64,000 nt of DNA from Macrostomum lignano (Eukaryota). The stretch spans positions 62,001 to 126,000 of the forward strand of contig NIVC01000892.1 in assembly GCA_002269645.1 (NCBI GenBank), read 5' to 3'. A program made the translations under genes and the position numbers. Each line of letters begins with the position of its first letter. Positions within the stretch are counted from its first letter, which is position 1. Below are positions 24,901 to 36,350 of the stretch, piece after piece. The notes beneath the pieces are model-generated. The model was given only the letters and a program-made list of their open reading frames with translations. It had not been told where the DNA came from and made no database searches.

Positions 24901-27273
24901 CATGTTCATCCACCCAGTTCCGTTCCGGTGATTACGCGCCAGAACAGAACCAGAAGCAAAGAAAATAACTTGAAACGTATATAGGATTGGCTCGTTTTAC
25001 ATCATTAAATCGAATACTTCCACTCGCGGAAAGTGTCGTAAAGCCGACGATTGTTACAATTATTAAATCCTAAAAATATTAGATTAGTTCAGAACATTTT
25101 GCTGCTGGATTAACTGCTTCTGTCTCACCTGTACAAGTACATGTACATATATTTGCTGTCTTTGCTTTTACTCACTTTATAATTACTCGTATCTTGTTAA
25201 ATTCATGAAATACTACGGCAATAAGTAGACCTCCTTGATTAAATGAAACACAATTCAAATTAGCGCCAAAAAGGACGTTTTTCAACAATCGGTAAGCTGT
25301 GTTAAGCAAAGTTTTAAACACTTTCGCGTAGACTTTTGCTTTTTTAGGCGTTCAAAGGAGTTTGCGCGCGAATTCAAGTTGTTTTTTAGCGAACATTTAG
25401 ATCTTAAGTATACCTAGTCGACTCACGTGACTCAGCATCCAAGAGTATTTTCCTACTTCCGGGATAAATTTTATGCCCTTTCGAGCCTGCAAAGTGTAAC
25501 ACGTCCTAATATGTGTTAATAAAACACGAGCTACACGATGTACATTCACACATTAAAAGCGACATGTAATGACATCAATTATAAGTGAAACGGTAGCCCA
25601 AAAAGAAACGAACAGCTGCACCAGGCCATGTCGTAGAAGTTCGGCACGTACTGTACTTCCTGCACTGATTGCAGAGGCGAGAGGCCCAGGAACTGCCGCA
25701 CTTGCGTTGCCCCGCTCATTGCTTAGTTTTGATTGGCTTGCTGTTGTGCAGTTTTACGCGGCTTAGCCTGTGGTGCCGCCTTATGTTCACCCCCTCTAGT
25801 AGGTCTGGGTTTTGTATTTAGCTCGTATTGGTTTAGGCTTGCGCCAGCAGGGTTTGGGTTTGAAACCCGAACAAATCGATTTAAACTACAGTGTTAAAAG
25901 ATCCATCCCAGCATTGAGTGCAACGGGATTCAGATATATCGTTCGTAGAGTTCCTACATAAGTCGATTCGTGGGAATCGTGGCCGTGTCGAATCGCTGCA
26001 TTTAATTGTCGTACACATGTTAAATTAGACCAATTATCTATTAAGAATGCTACTATGGTATTCGTACCTTTTAGATATTCAAACGATAAACAATATGAAA
26101 GTTTTATTATGCATGTACTGAGTACTGCATAATGACACCCAAGTTAATCTTATCTTATCTCGCTTGTCGCTTAAACCTTAAAATTAAATAAGTGGTCTAG
26201 AGAACTGGGAGCCACTCTGGTAATTAAAGCAGCGATTTAAAAATAGATTATCACCTCTCTTTAGCGCTGGAATTAGAGCCCCCCACGCTTCGCGCTTCCT
26301 TTTGAAATTAGGAGGGTTTCGTACGCCCTGCCCTGGCTTGTTCCACCTCCTCTCATTGGCTACAAGGGACCTCAACTAATGAACAGTCGGGAGGCCACAA
26401 CCCCTCCTCGACCTCCACAGCGTGGGGGTTTAAGAACTTGGCTGTCCACCACTCACTCCAGAATATAATAAGAAGGAATTGCGCTCTTCGCGGGCCCCAC
26501 AGAGAAAGCTAAAGAGTGATTTGGTCCACGAGTCCAGCCACAACCTCAACCGCCCTTCCGACAACAACTTGTCCCGTGAGTTCAAATCAAACTCCCTCCA
26601 GAAAGGCCAGAACCAACTACATACAGCCTGGGCCGTTTCTTTCTCGTTCAATATCAAAGAAGTAGTAGTTGACTTTTCTCCTCAAGTCCAGTCTGAGCAT
26701 TCTGGCCCTAAGAGGTCTTATTTGCATATCAATTATTTGTCCTTTCATCCCGTAACCCGGAAAACTTTCCGAAGCGCTGACCAGCACTGGTTGGACTTAT
26801 TCGAGGCAAAACATAATTATAATTTCGCCAACTTGTCAGCTACCGTCAACATTGCCCCGAGAGAAGACTTCTTCTGCTAACTAAAAATAAGAGGAAATGT
26901 TTTCTTGTAAGAACAGCTGCACCAACATAATTTAAAGCTAGATTGATCGTTCCAATTCGCAATAAGTTCCAATATTCGTCTTCAACGGAGAGTCAGTCAA
27001 TAAGGAAATAAACGCGAAATAATGCCCTCATCCGCTGACAACAAATCGAGCATGGTCGGCACGCAGCAGCCGCTAGCGATACAATGCAGAGGGAACCTTG
27101 GTTGCTTGTTGCTTGGTGAGAATTTTTGTTCAAATATAAACTTTTTTATTCGCATAAAATTTATCAACCAACCAATTTATGCAAGCAAGTTGAATAAATT
27201 GCGCATTACCAAAAACTTAATCTGCTCAGCCAGTTTGCATGTTGGCCTCTGGCTAATATATATTACCCATATA

Positions 27274-28446
27274 CAGTGGCGGATCGAGAGGTCAAGGGGG
27301 TCACCTGACCCTCCCTCGAGCCCCCTCCTAGGAAACCGAAAAACTCCATACATAGTTTCATAGTGTCGAATCATCGCGTAATAGTGACCCACACGAGGCT
27401 GTATTTTTTCATCAAATACTGCGGTATCTTCGGTGCCGGACACTTCGGTGTCAGAGCCGGACACTTCGGTGTCAGAGCCGGACACTGGTGCCGGAGTCGG
27501 ACACTTCGGTGTCAGGCACTTTAGTGCTGACTCTTCGCTGCCGGACATTTCAGTGCTGTACACGTCTTCGGTGCCGGACACTTCGGTGCCGGACACTTCG
27601 GTGCTGGACACTTTGGTGCCGGACACTTTGGTGCCGGACACTACGGTGCCGTACACTTTGGTGCCGGACACTACAGTGCCGGAAACTTTGGTGCCGGACA
27701 CTACGGTGCCAAGACAGTTCGGTGCCAAGACAGTTTGATGCCAAGACATTTCGGTGCCGGGCACTTTGGTGCCGGGCACTTTGGTGCCGGACACTACGGT
27801 GCCGGACACTTTGGTGCCGGACACTTTGGTGCCGGACACTTTGGTGCCGGACACTACGGTGCCAAGACAGTTCGGTGCCAAGACAGTTTGATGCCAAGAC
27901 ATTTCGGTGCCGGGCACTTTGGTGCCGGACACTACGGTGCCAAGACAGTTCGGTGCCAAGACAGTTTGATGCCAAGACATTTCGGTGCCGGACACTTTGG
28001 TGCCTGACATTTCAGTGCCAGAGCACGTGGAAGCTTTGCGGAGAAGGGAGAGTTGCATAAAAGTGTTTTTCCTTTTAATGTTAAATAATTATAGTTTATG
28101 AGGCGTGTTGTACTGAAATTGATATTGATGATTTCCACGTGCTTTTATATGAGCAACTAAGAAAGCACTTCAAACTAGAAGTGTGTGCGATTTTGTATTT
28201 AATGAAGGTTTATAGAAACAATTGTTTCATAGATAAAAGCATTTGCTAAACTTGAATTTGAAAGCAGGATATTTCATAATTTTTAATCCACATCATCAAT
28301 GCCACTCAAAACAAAAAGCATCGCCATCAGTCACCGCGAAGTGTCTGTCTGACACCGAAGCGTCCGGTATTTTTAGGAAGGTCAAGGGGGGGGGGTCAAC
28401 TGACCTTTTTTCCACGGGAAAAATCCTAATCCTGGATCCGCCCCTG
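27274..28446. mobile_element. Non-autonomous hAT-like DNA transposon (1173 bp) carrying an internal 15-bp tandem array
   Basis: TIRs CAGTGGCGGATCGAG (27274) and CTGGATCCGCCCCTG (28432-28446) match at 13/15 as inverted repeats. Flanking 8-mers CCCATATA and CCCATGTA (7/8) form the TSD. The subterminal motif AGGTCAAGGGGG..GTCA(C/A)CTGACC occurs near both ends. Confidence 0.8.
27428..28020. repeat. 15-bp minisatellite (GGTGCCGGACACTT[T/C]) inside the hAT-like element
   Basis: Tandem periodicity read directly; an inverted copy of the unit lies at about 28349-28368. Confidence 0.92.
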
Positions 28447-28784
28447 CCCATGTACTTACACAATTTTTTTCACGACTCGCACACGTCGCACAAATCGCGT
28501 GATCTATGTTGGGTGCAATAGCATGAGGCTCACTATACAAGCCACACAATATAGACTCAAAATAGTTTAGAAGGCTTAGAAGGAAAATGAGCAAGATTGA
28601 CTGATTGCGCACCTTCCCCGATTATATGTATTAAAATGGCTTACAATTTCAACTATGCTTACATGGTAATGATGATAGCGAAGGATCATTTGCACCTGCT
28701 GTGTTACCTGTGTACTAAAAATTCATTAATCATTGCGATTTTCATTAACCTCCAGTCATACACCTGTTGTGTCCAGCTATTCTT

Positions 28785-29930
28785 CCTCTGTGGATCGCCT
28801 CCCCAGTTCCTCTGTGGATCGCCTCCCCAGTTCCTCTGTGGATCGCCTCCCCAGTTCCTCTGTGGATCGTCTCCCCAGTTTCTTCTGTAGATCGCCTCCC
28901 CAGTTCCTCTGTGGATCGCCTCCCCAGTTCCTCTGTGGATCGCCTCCACAGTTTCTTCTGTAGATCACCTCCCCAGTTCCTCTGTGGATCGCCTCCCCAG
29001 TTCCTTTGTGGATCGCCTCCCCAGTTCCTCTGTGGATCGCCTCCCCAGTTCCTCTGTGGATCGCCTCCCCAGTTCCTCTGTGGATCGTCTCCCCAGTTCC
29101 TTTGTGGATCGCCTCCACAGTTTCTTCTGTAGATCACCTCCCCAGTTCCTCTGTGGATCGCCTCCCCAGTTCCTCTGTGGATCGTCTCCCCAGTTTCTTC
29201 TGTAGATCGCCTCCCCAGTTCCTCTGTGGATCGCCTCCCCAGTTCCTCTGTGGATCGTCTCCCCAGTTTCTTCTGTAGATCGCCTCCCCAGTTCCTCTGT
29301 GGATCGCCTCCCCAGTTCCTCTGTGGATCGCCTCCCCAGTTCCTCTGTAGATCGCCTCCCCAGTTCCTCTGTGGATCGCCTCCCCAGTTCCTTTGTGGAT
29401 CGCCTCCCCAGTTCCTTTGTGGATCGCCTCCCCAGTTCCTCTGTGGATCGCCTCCCCAGTTCCTCTGTGGATCGTCTCCCCAGTTCCTTTGTGGATCGCC
29501 TCCACAGTTTCTTCTGTAGATCGCCTCCCCAGTTCCTCTGTGGATCGCCTCCCCAGTTCCTCTGTGGATCGCCTCCCCAGTTCCTCTGTGGATCGCCTCC
29601 CCAGTTCCTCTGTGGATCGTCTCCCCAGTTTCTTTGTGGATCGCCTCCACAGTTTCTTCTGTAGATCGCCTCCCCAGTTCCTCTGTGGATCGCCTCCCCA
29701 GTTCCTCTGTGGATCGCCTCCCCAGTTCCTCTGTGGATCGCCTCCCCAGTTCCTCTGTGGATCGCCTCCCCAGTTCCTCTGTGGATCGCCTCCCCAGTTC
29801 CTCTGTGGATCGCCTCCCCAGTTCCTCTGTGGATCGCCTCCCCAGTTCCTCTGTGGATCGCCTCCGGGCAGTTTCTTCTTCTGTGGTTCCCCTCCCCAGT
29901 TTTTTCTACTGTGGATCGCCTCCCCAGTTC
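28785..29930. repeat. 24-bp minisatellite (GTGGATCGCCTCCCCAGTTCCTCT) with 26-bp variants, about 47 copies
   Basis: TGGATCGCCT at 28791 and 28815. Confidence 0.96.
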
Positions 29931-30646
29931 GTCTGCAGTCTGTCAAGATTCCTTGATTCCTCTCTGAATATGCCTGCGACTTTTCAAATTCACTGCATGA
30001 ATTTTGCAGTTGACTTGTTCTGTTCCATTTTTTTAGTGCAACAACAAACCACATAGCAGCAAAGCATTCTGGTTTATATTTACATTGCAAAAAGTAGAAT
30101 GAGCTGCACGCCATATGCACATGCTGCAGAGATGGTACTTTTTTGCAGACTGGCAGGCAGATGAATGCAATAAGTACCCGTTTACGGACGGGCATGTGCA
30201 GTGCTGCCTCACTGACGAGTTGGTTCAAAACCTTTTTTTTCAACTGCGCAATGAGTCGCTTTTGTGAAGACCCCATACGTATACATGAGTCCCATTATGC
30301 TGATTTAGGCATGAACATTAGTATAGTACAAGTGCATAACAGGAGCAGTGAAGCAGAGCAACTCAGAGGTAAAATCGTCAGACTGTCGCGCCAAACGACC
30401 CCTGGTTCGATTCCGTATATGCGGGCCACATTCATTTGGGGCTTGTTGTGCTCGAAAATTGACGAGGGCTCTCAGAGAGTGCACGTGCGTGACGACTAGA
30501 AAGTCAGGGCCGCTGCACACATTGTGTTCAGTACCCTGCGGGCAGAGTTGCGTCAGCACTGGTTGTGGGACGATGTCGCCGCAGGTGTATCGCGCCAGAG
30601 TGCCAGCAGCCCTGCAAATGTTTAATCAGTTTTTACATGTATGTAG

Positions 30647-31226
30647 CAAGGACGACTTAAGTAGAAGGCCGGGAAAGCTCGTTTCTTAGAAAATTTTAGA
30701 AGCCTTTCTTATTGCTCTATCGATATTCATGAAGCTTTTCGTTCAGAAAATTAGGATTCTATGTTAATTTTTTATTCTACCTACATTTGTGCACGTGTCT
30801 TGTGCCTAAAAACCATTGAAATGGCACAGCTCGGTTCTTTGGCTTTATGAGTCTATTTTATCATTCTTAGCTGACTGTGTAACAAATACTTGTAGCAGAG
30901 ATGATAAAATAGATTCATAAAACCAAATATTCGAGCTGTGTCATGCATTTTAATGATTTTTAGGTACAGGGAATTTAGGTAGAATAAAAAATTAACATAG
31001 AATTCTAATTTTCTGAACGAAAAGCTTTATTAATATTGATAGAGCAATAAGAAAGGCACAGCATATCAAAAGATGAGCACTGGATCTGCCTCCTATCAAA
31101 AGCAATAGCAATTTTTGTGCTGAAAAAATGAAAAGTTCCTATCTCCGTAGTGTATTTTTTCGGGAAAGCCTGCCTTCTAAAATTTTCTAAGAAACGAGGT
31201 TTCCCGTCCTACTTGAGTCGTCCTTG
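30647..31226. mobile_element. Foldback MITE (580 bp) with a perfect 8-bp TSD (hAT or P superfamily)
   Basis: TIR CAAGGACGACT(T/C)AAGTAG matches at 17/18; TSD GTATGTAG at 30639-30646 and 31227-31234. The long internal arms are inverted copies of each other (e.g. CTTTCTTATTGCTCTATC vs GATAGAGCAATAAGAAAG). Confidence 0.9.
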
Positions 31227-31609
31227 GTATGTAGCTGCTTAGCTGAAGATAGAGTTTTTTTCAGCGCGATCTAGCTACTTAATGAATGTATTTTATATTG
31301 ATACGTATCGGTATATTCTATGCATAAATTCCTTCGAGTGTACAGGAGTGTACAAGGTGCTGTTTATTTGAATTTAAATCAGTCTTACGGTCATAGTCAT
31401 CATCTGCTAATTCTGTGTCTGGATCCTGTAACCACTTTTGTCCCAACAGCATAGATTCGTAATGCTCGTTTTCTTCGCATCGCATCCTTTACCTTCAGAT
31501 ACTTATTTCACTCTGCTTCCACCTTTTATATTTCTCTCACCTGTCTCCATCCTCCCCCCTCGCTCTGTCTCTTTCCTACTCTCACCTCTATCTCATCCCC
31601 CGCTGTCTC

Positions 31610-31795
31610 CTACTCTCACCTCTATCTCAGCCCCCACTGTCTCCCACTCTCACCTCTATCTCAGCCCCCACTGTGTCTCTCACTCTCACCTCTATCCCAG
31701 CCCCCACTGTGTCTCCCACTCTCACCTCTATCTCAGCCCCCACTGTGTCTCCCACTCTCACCTCTATCTCAGCCCCCACTGTCTCCTACCCTCAC
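31610..31795. repeat. 36-bp pyrimidine-rich tandem repeat (CACTCTCACCTCTATCTCAGCCCCCACTGTGTCTCC), about 5 copies
   Basis: Direct reading of the sequence. Confidence 0.88.
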
Positions 31796-33034
31796 CTGTA
31801 TCTCCTCTCTCTCTCACCATCTCTCCTCTATCCAATCCGTCTCCTCTGTTTTTACTCTCACTCTCACTCTCTCGTACACAGTCTTCACTCATCATGCAGT
31901 CCACCGCCGCTTCCATCACATCATCAGCGCATTTAGTATTCAAAGAGCGAGCCGGCTTATTCGCCACGCTGCATTGCCGAGACAAACCGCATGCAGTCTC
32001 TGAAACTGAAGGCCACATCAGTGCAGATGATGAGTAATGCTTGGCCGCGCTTCTGACTCTCAGACTCAGGCCTGGCTGCAAGCATCCGTCGCTTGAGCCC
32101 TAACGAAGCTAAAGTAGTCAATATGCACAGGAGGAGCCAAAGGAAAGAGGGGGGTGACAAAATCTTCCCCTAATAATACAACCATAGCTAATCGCTTGAA
32201 ATCCTACGGAGAGCGCTAAATCCCTTCTCCTCAAGACACACACACTTCCCACCTCTCCGCGGCGCCGCACACTCAAACTCAATGGCTATATAGCTATACA
32301 CATTTGCCGACCGCGGCTCAAAAGGAATAAAGAATTGTTTTGTTGTTGCATCCTTCTCTCTCTCTCTCTCTCTCTCTCATTCTCGTTTTGACGGGCTGTC
32401 AATGCCTTGGTTGGGATGAGGCAGGAGAGAGAGAGAGAGAGACGGAGGCAAAGGGGCGGGCGTGATGAGCGAGAGTGCCATGTCCATTGTGCGTTTCTAT
32501 CCGTCTATCAGCCTATCTAAATAAGAAATAGTCGCGTTTAAAAAACGAACTAATTTCTTTCACAAGATTCTTTTTGTTAAATTATATATCATATTACAAT
32601 TATAAAAGTTAGAATTGCAAAACTAAATCAAGTGGTGGAAGAAGTGTTTAAAAGCGACTTGTTTATGGCTATAGCAACAAAATCAAACAGAAATGGCGGC
32701 CCATCGTACCGCAATGCATTTGTGGAACAAAAGAATTGCCAAGAAATGCTTTTTCAGCTTTACCTCTTCTTCCTCTTCCTTCTTTGTTGCAGAATTGGTG
32801 ACAATTGACAATAGGTTTGTTAAGTCTTTTGTCTTAACAATATTTTTTAGCGCCGCTGCTTTTGTCAAGTCGATGTCACCTTTCTCTTCCGCAACATCAT
32901 AATTCCTAGTTATAATCAATTTCTTCAATTAGGAAAGGAAAAATTTCTGTCCAAGGTAGAAGATGAGAATTGGGGATCGTATTGCTGAGCTGAGAGAAGT
33001 AAAAAAGATGTAGGAACTACTACAAGTCATAGGA

Positions 33035-33872
33035 ATCCTATAGACTAGATCGGGGAGTCCTATAGACTAGATGGGGAATCCTATAAACTAGATCGGAGAA
33101 TCCTATAGACTAAATCGGGGAATCCTATAAACTAGATGGGGAATCCTATAAAATAGATCGGGGAATTGTCAAATTGGATGGGAAGTCAAGATGGGGAATC
33201 CTATAGACTAGATGAGGAATCCTATAGACTAGATGGGGAATCTTATAGACTAGATGAGGAATCCTATAGACTAGCTGAGGAACCCTATAGACTATAGATG
33301 GGGAACTCTATAGACTAGATGGTGAATCCTATAGACTAGATGGGGAATCCTATAGACTAGATGGTGAATCCTATATGCTAGATATAAAATCCTATAGACT
33401 AGATGAGGAATCCTATAGACTAGATGAGGAATCCTATAGACTAGATGGGGAATCTTATAGACTAGATGAGGAATCCTATAGACTAGATGAGGAACCCTAT
33501 ATACTATAGATGGGGAACTCTATAGACTAGATGGTGAATCCTATAGACTAGATGGGGAATCCTATAGACTAGATGGGGAATCTTATAGACTAGATGAGGA
33601 ATCCTATAGACTAGATGAGGAACCCTATAGACTATAGATGGGGAACTCTATAGACTAGATGGTGAATCCTATAGACTAGATGGGGAATCCTATAGACTAG
33701 ATGGTGAATCCTATAGACTATATGGTGAATCCTATAGACTAGATGGTGAATCCTATAGACTGGATGGGGAATCCTATAGACTATATGGTGAATCCTATAG
33801 ACTAGATGGGGGAAACCTATAGACTAGATGGGGAATCCTATATACTAGATATACAATTCCATAGACTAGATG
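33035..33872. repeat. ~21-bp minisatellite (AGACTAGATGGGGAATCCTAT), about 39 copies
   Basis: Direct reading of the sequence. Confidence 0.93.
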
Positions 33873-34446
33873 GCAGCTGCAAACTGGTATTCAATGGGAG
33901 TATTATAGACTAAGCAGAAAAACAGTTGAACAGTTTGCTGTTCGAACATCGAAATAAAAAACCGTCATTAAATGCACTGCATTTCGTGTATTTGGATCTA
34001 AACTAAATCAAATCATTGCTTAGATTCTCGTTTCAGAAGAAGCATCAAAACATATATGCCGGCTGAGATGCCTAAACAGAGATATAGCATTATGAGCAAC
34101 GTTAGGCTAGATAGATAAAGGATCGAGCTATCGTTATCTAATTACTAGTACAAGCATCTGCAGATACCTTGCGCAGTTGCGCTCAGTATGTATCATTTGT
34201 CTATAGCTATGTTAGTTAATATATATTATCATTTTTATTACCGGGAAAAAATCGCCCGAGAAAGCGAACGAAAATGAAAACGTTAGCTTGCAATTTTTTA
34301 CTTACCCTCCCCCCCTTTCGCAGGTAGGTTGGGGAAGCGAGGTAAAAAAAGCTTTAAGAAGACATCAAGTCCTCTTTTTGACAAAAAGCTGACTTCTGTT
34401 GCCGTTAAAAACCCTATACATCAATGCTTTGAAGAATACTTTTACA

Positions 34447-35062
34447 ATGTCTCTTGTCGCTATCTCCCATGCCCGATGTGTCTCTGGTCGCTATCTCCCA
34501 TGCCCGATGTGTCTCTGGTCGCTATCTCCCATGCCCGATGTGTCTCTGGTCGCTATCTCCCATGCCCGATGTGTCTCTTGTCGCTATCTCCCATGCCCGA
34601 TGTGTCTCTGGTTGCTATCTCCCATGCCCGATGTGTCTCTGGTCGCTATCTCCCATGCCCGATGTGTCTCTTGTCGCTATCTCCCATGCCCGATGTGTCT
34701 CTGGTTGCTATCTCCCATGCCCGATGTGTCTCTTGTCGCTATCTCCCATGCCCGATGTGTCTCTTGTCGCTATCTCCCATGCCCGATGTGTCTCTTGTCG
34801 TCATCTCCCATGCCCGATGTGTCTCTTGTCGCTATCTCCCATGCCCGATGTGTCTCTTGTCGCTATCTCCCATGCCCGATGTGTCTCTTGTCGCTATCTC
34901 CCATGCCCGATGTGTCTCTTGTCGCTATCTCCCATGCCCGATGTGTCTCTTGTTGCTATCTCCCATGCCCGATGTGTCTCTGGTCGCTATCTCCCATGCC
35001 CGATGTGTCTCTTGTCGCTATCTCCCATGCCCGATGTGTCTCTTGTCGCTATCTCCCATGTC
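34447..35062. repeat. 31-bp minisatellite (TGTCTCTTGTCGCTATCTCCCATGCCCGATG), about 20 copies
   Basis: TATCTCCC at 34461 and 34492. Confidence 0.96.
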
Positions 35063-35629
35063 TCCAAAAACCCAGTGTAGCGATTGGGACTTAAGGATCC
35101 AGAAATCTCTATTAGATTCATCAAGATTGCCTCATCAAAAGTTTTTACTGTTGATTAGTTTGCTTCTTCCAAGAGTCAAATTGTATATCCGGGCAGTTCC
35201 TTGATAACTTCGACCCTCGGGGCTGGGAGTGAGGGTCACGACTGTTGAGTCCCCAGAGACTTGAGCGCATCAGCGCGTCATCGTCCCAGCTTCCGTTGGA
35301 TGGCAACTTACGTTGCCTCATCAACTCACCCGCATAGGGAGAGATTCTTCTGTCCAATGACGCAAGCGGATTAACTGTCAGCCAGTCCGCTGTGTTATCC
35401 TGGCTTTTCCCAAACTCGCGTTATTATTAATTTTTTGAGTCCGAGAGCGACTATTTTGGAGATAACTAGAATGATATCCGAAGCGCAAATTTGATAATCA
35501 GTCAGTCAGCAACTCTCGTCGCGGCTTAGTGATTATCTTATCAGTGTCGGCTCTATTTTTGACACAGTTGGGGCGAGGCCGCCTCGTTCATCTCAGCGCC
35601 GCTTTCTCTCGATCCGTCTCTCTCTCTAG

Positions 35630-35782
35630 GGTGCCGCGATAATTTGACTGATGATGATGATGAGTTCTCTCGGCTACAAGCGCCAACCAAGCATTCTGAC
35701 TCTGCAATCCTGTGTCTCATTCCTACCGCGTTTGTCCAATTTCGAATCTACGAAAATCTCGTCTTTTGGAGACGCTGTCTAG
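35630..35782 (+). other. Candidate upstream exon of the Gfrl gene (first coding exon unresolved)
   Basis: Acceptor TCTCTCTCTAG ends at 35629; donor AG|GTTGGA at 35783. One frame reads ...FRIYENLVFWRRCL and joins in phase 1 to the hydrophobic AGILLLILPLCSA of the next exon, but contains no Met. The ATG run at 35651 is in another frame and stops at 35780-35782. Confidence 0.4.
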
Positions 35783-35816
35783 GTTGGATGATTGGCTAGA
35801 TTAGCAATCCATTCTA

Positions 35817-36136
35817 AAAATAAAAATAATTGACTTACACCTGCCCCAATGGGCAGATGTGCAGCCGACAGCTCTGCCGCAGCTATTGCGCGGCGCATCT
35901 GAAGGCTGCGTACGGCTGTTCAGTCCAAGGACTGGGGGGGTCGCCACACACACCCTCAATTACCTCAGCTAGTGTTGGCATCCATTTTACAGCTGGGTGA
36001 ACTGAAGCAATGCAGAGTTAAGTGTCTCGCTCAAGGACACAAATTGTTCCGAGTGAATCGAGAATCGAACCCCCGACCGACTCAGTCGTGAGTCCGACGC
36101 TCTGACCACTAGGCCACAACCCCCGTCTATAGGCTA
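35817..36136 (-). mobile_element. tRNA-derived SINE with a CORE-like central domain
   Basis: The minus strand reads GGGGGTTGTGGCCTAGTGG (A box) and GGTTCGATTCTC (B box). Next is TGTGTCCTTGAGCGAGACACTTAACTCTGCATTGCTTCAGTTCACCCAGCTGTAAAATGG, similar to the MIR/CORE consensus TGTGACCTTGGGCAAGTCACTTAACCTCTCTG-CCTCAGTTTCCTCATCTGTAAAATGG. It ends in a GC-rich 3' part and a TTA/T tail. Candidate 12-bp TSD CAATCCATTCTA at 35805-35816 and 36137-36148. A second copy is at 46101. Confidence 0.85.
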
Positions 36137-36200
36137 CAATCCATTCTATTCCTTCATCAATGCTGGCTAGACTAGCAATCCATCCCAACCCCCTCTCCAG

Positions 36201-36350
36201 CTGCAGGTATCCTGCTGCTTATCTTGCCACTGTGCTCAGCCGAAGTCTCCGCCAGACAGGTCAAGTTCTGTCACATGGTTAACGACAGTTGCTACCAGCG
36301 CTCGGAATGCGGCTCGAAGCTCAGCCTGGTTCGCACCCTCTGCAGGGACC
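36201..36350 (+). CDS. gfrl: Gfrl exon: end of signal peptide and first half of Cys domain 1
   Basis: CCCTCTCCAG| then AGILLLILPLCSAEVSARQVKFCHMVNDSCYQRSECGSKLSLVRTLCRD |GTGAGT. An alternative in-phase acceptor lies at 36206. Confidence 0.88.

Noticed and set aside
25815-25875. Degenerate tRNA-like A/B boxes (TAGCTCGTATTGG...GGTTTGAAACCCG)
   Set aside because: Does not fold as a tRNA and has no second copy in the window; at most an old SINE head.
26479-26880. 133-aa ORF
   Set aside because: No motif, splice context or codon style supporting it.
27177-29956. ORFs of 100-380 aa in the 15-bp and 24-bp arrays
   Set aside because: Repeat translations open in several frames and strands, with no unique coding flanks.
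30305-30620. Minus-strand exon-like segment (RYTCGDIVPQPVLTQLCPQG)
   Set aside because: Part of it recurs in a Gfrl intron, suggesting a repeat fragment; no consistent neighbouring exons.
32764-32905. Possible minus-strand exon (NYDVAEEKGDIDLTKAAALKNIV...EEEEE) with AG/GT ends
   Set aside because: Weak acceptor context, no domain, and no joinable partner exon established.
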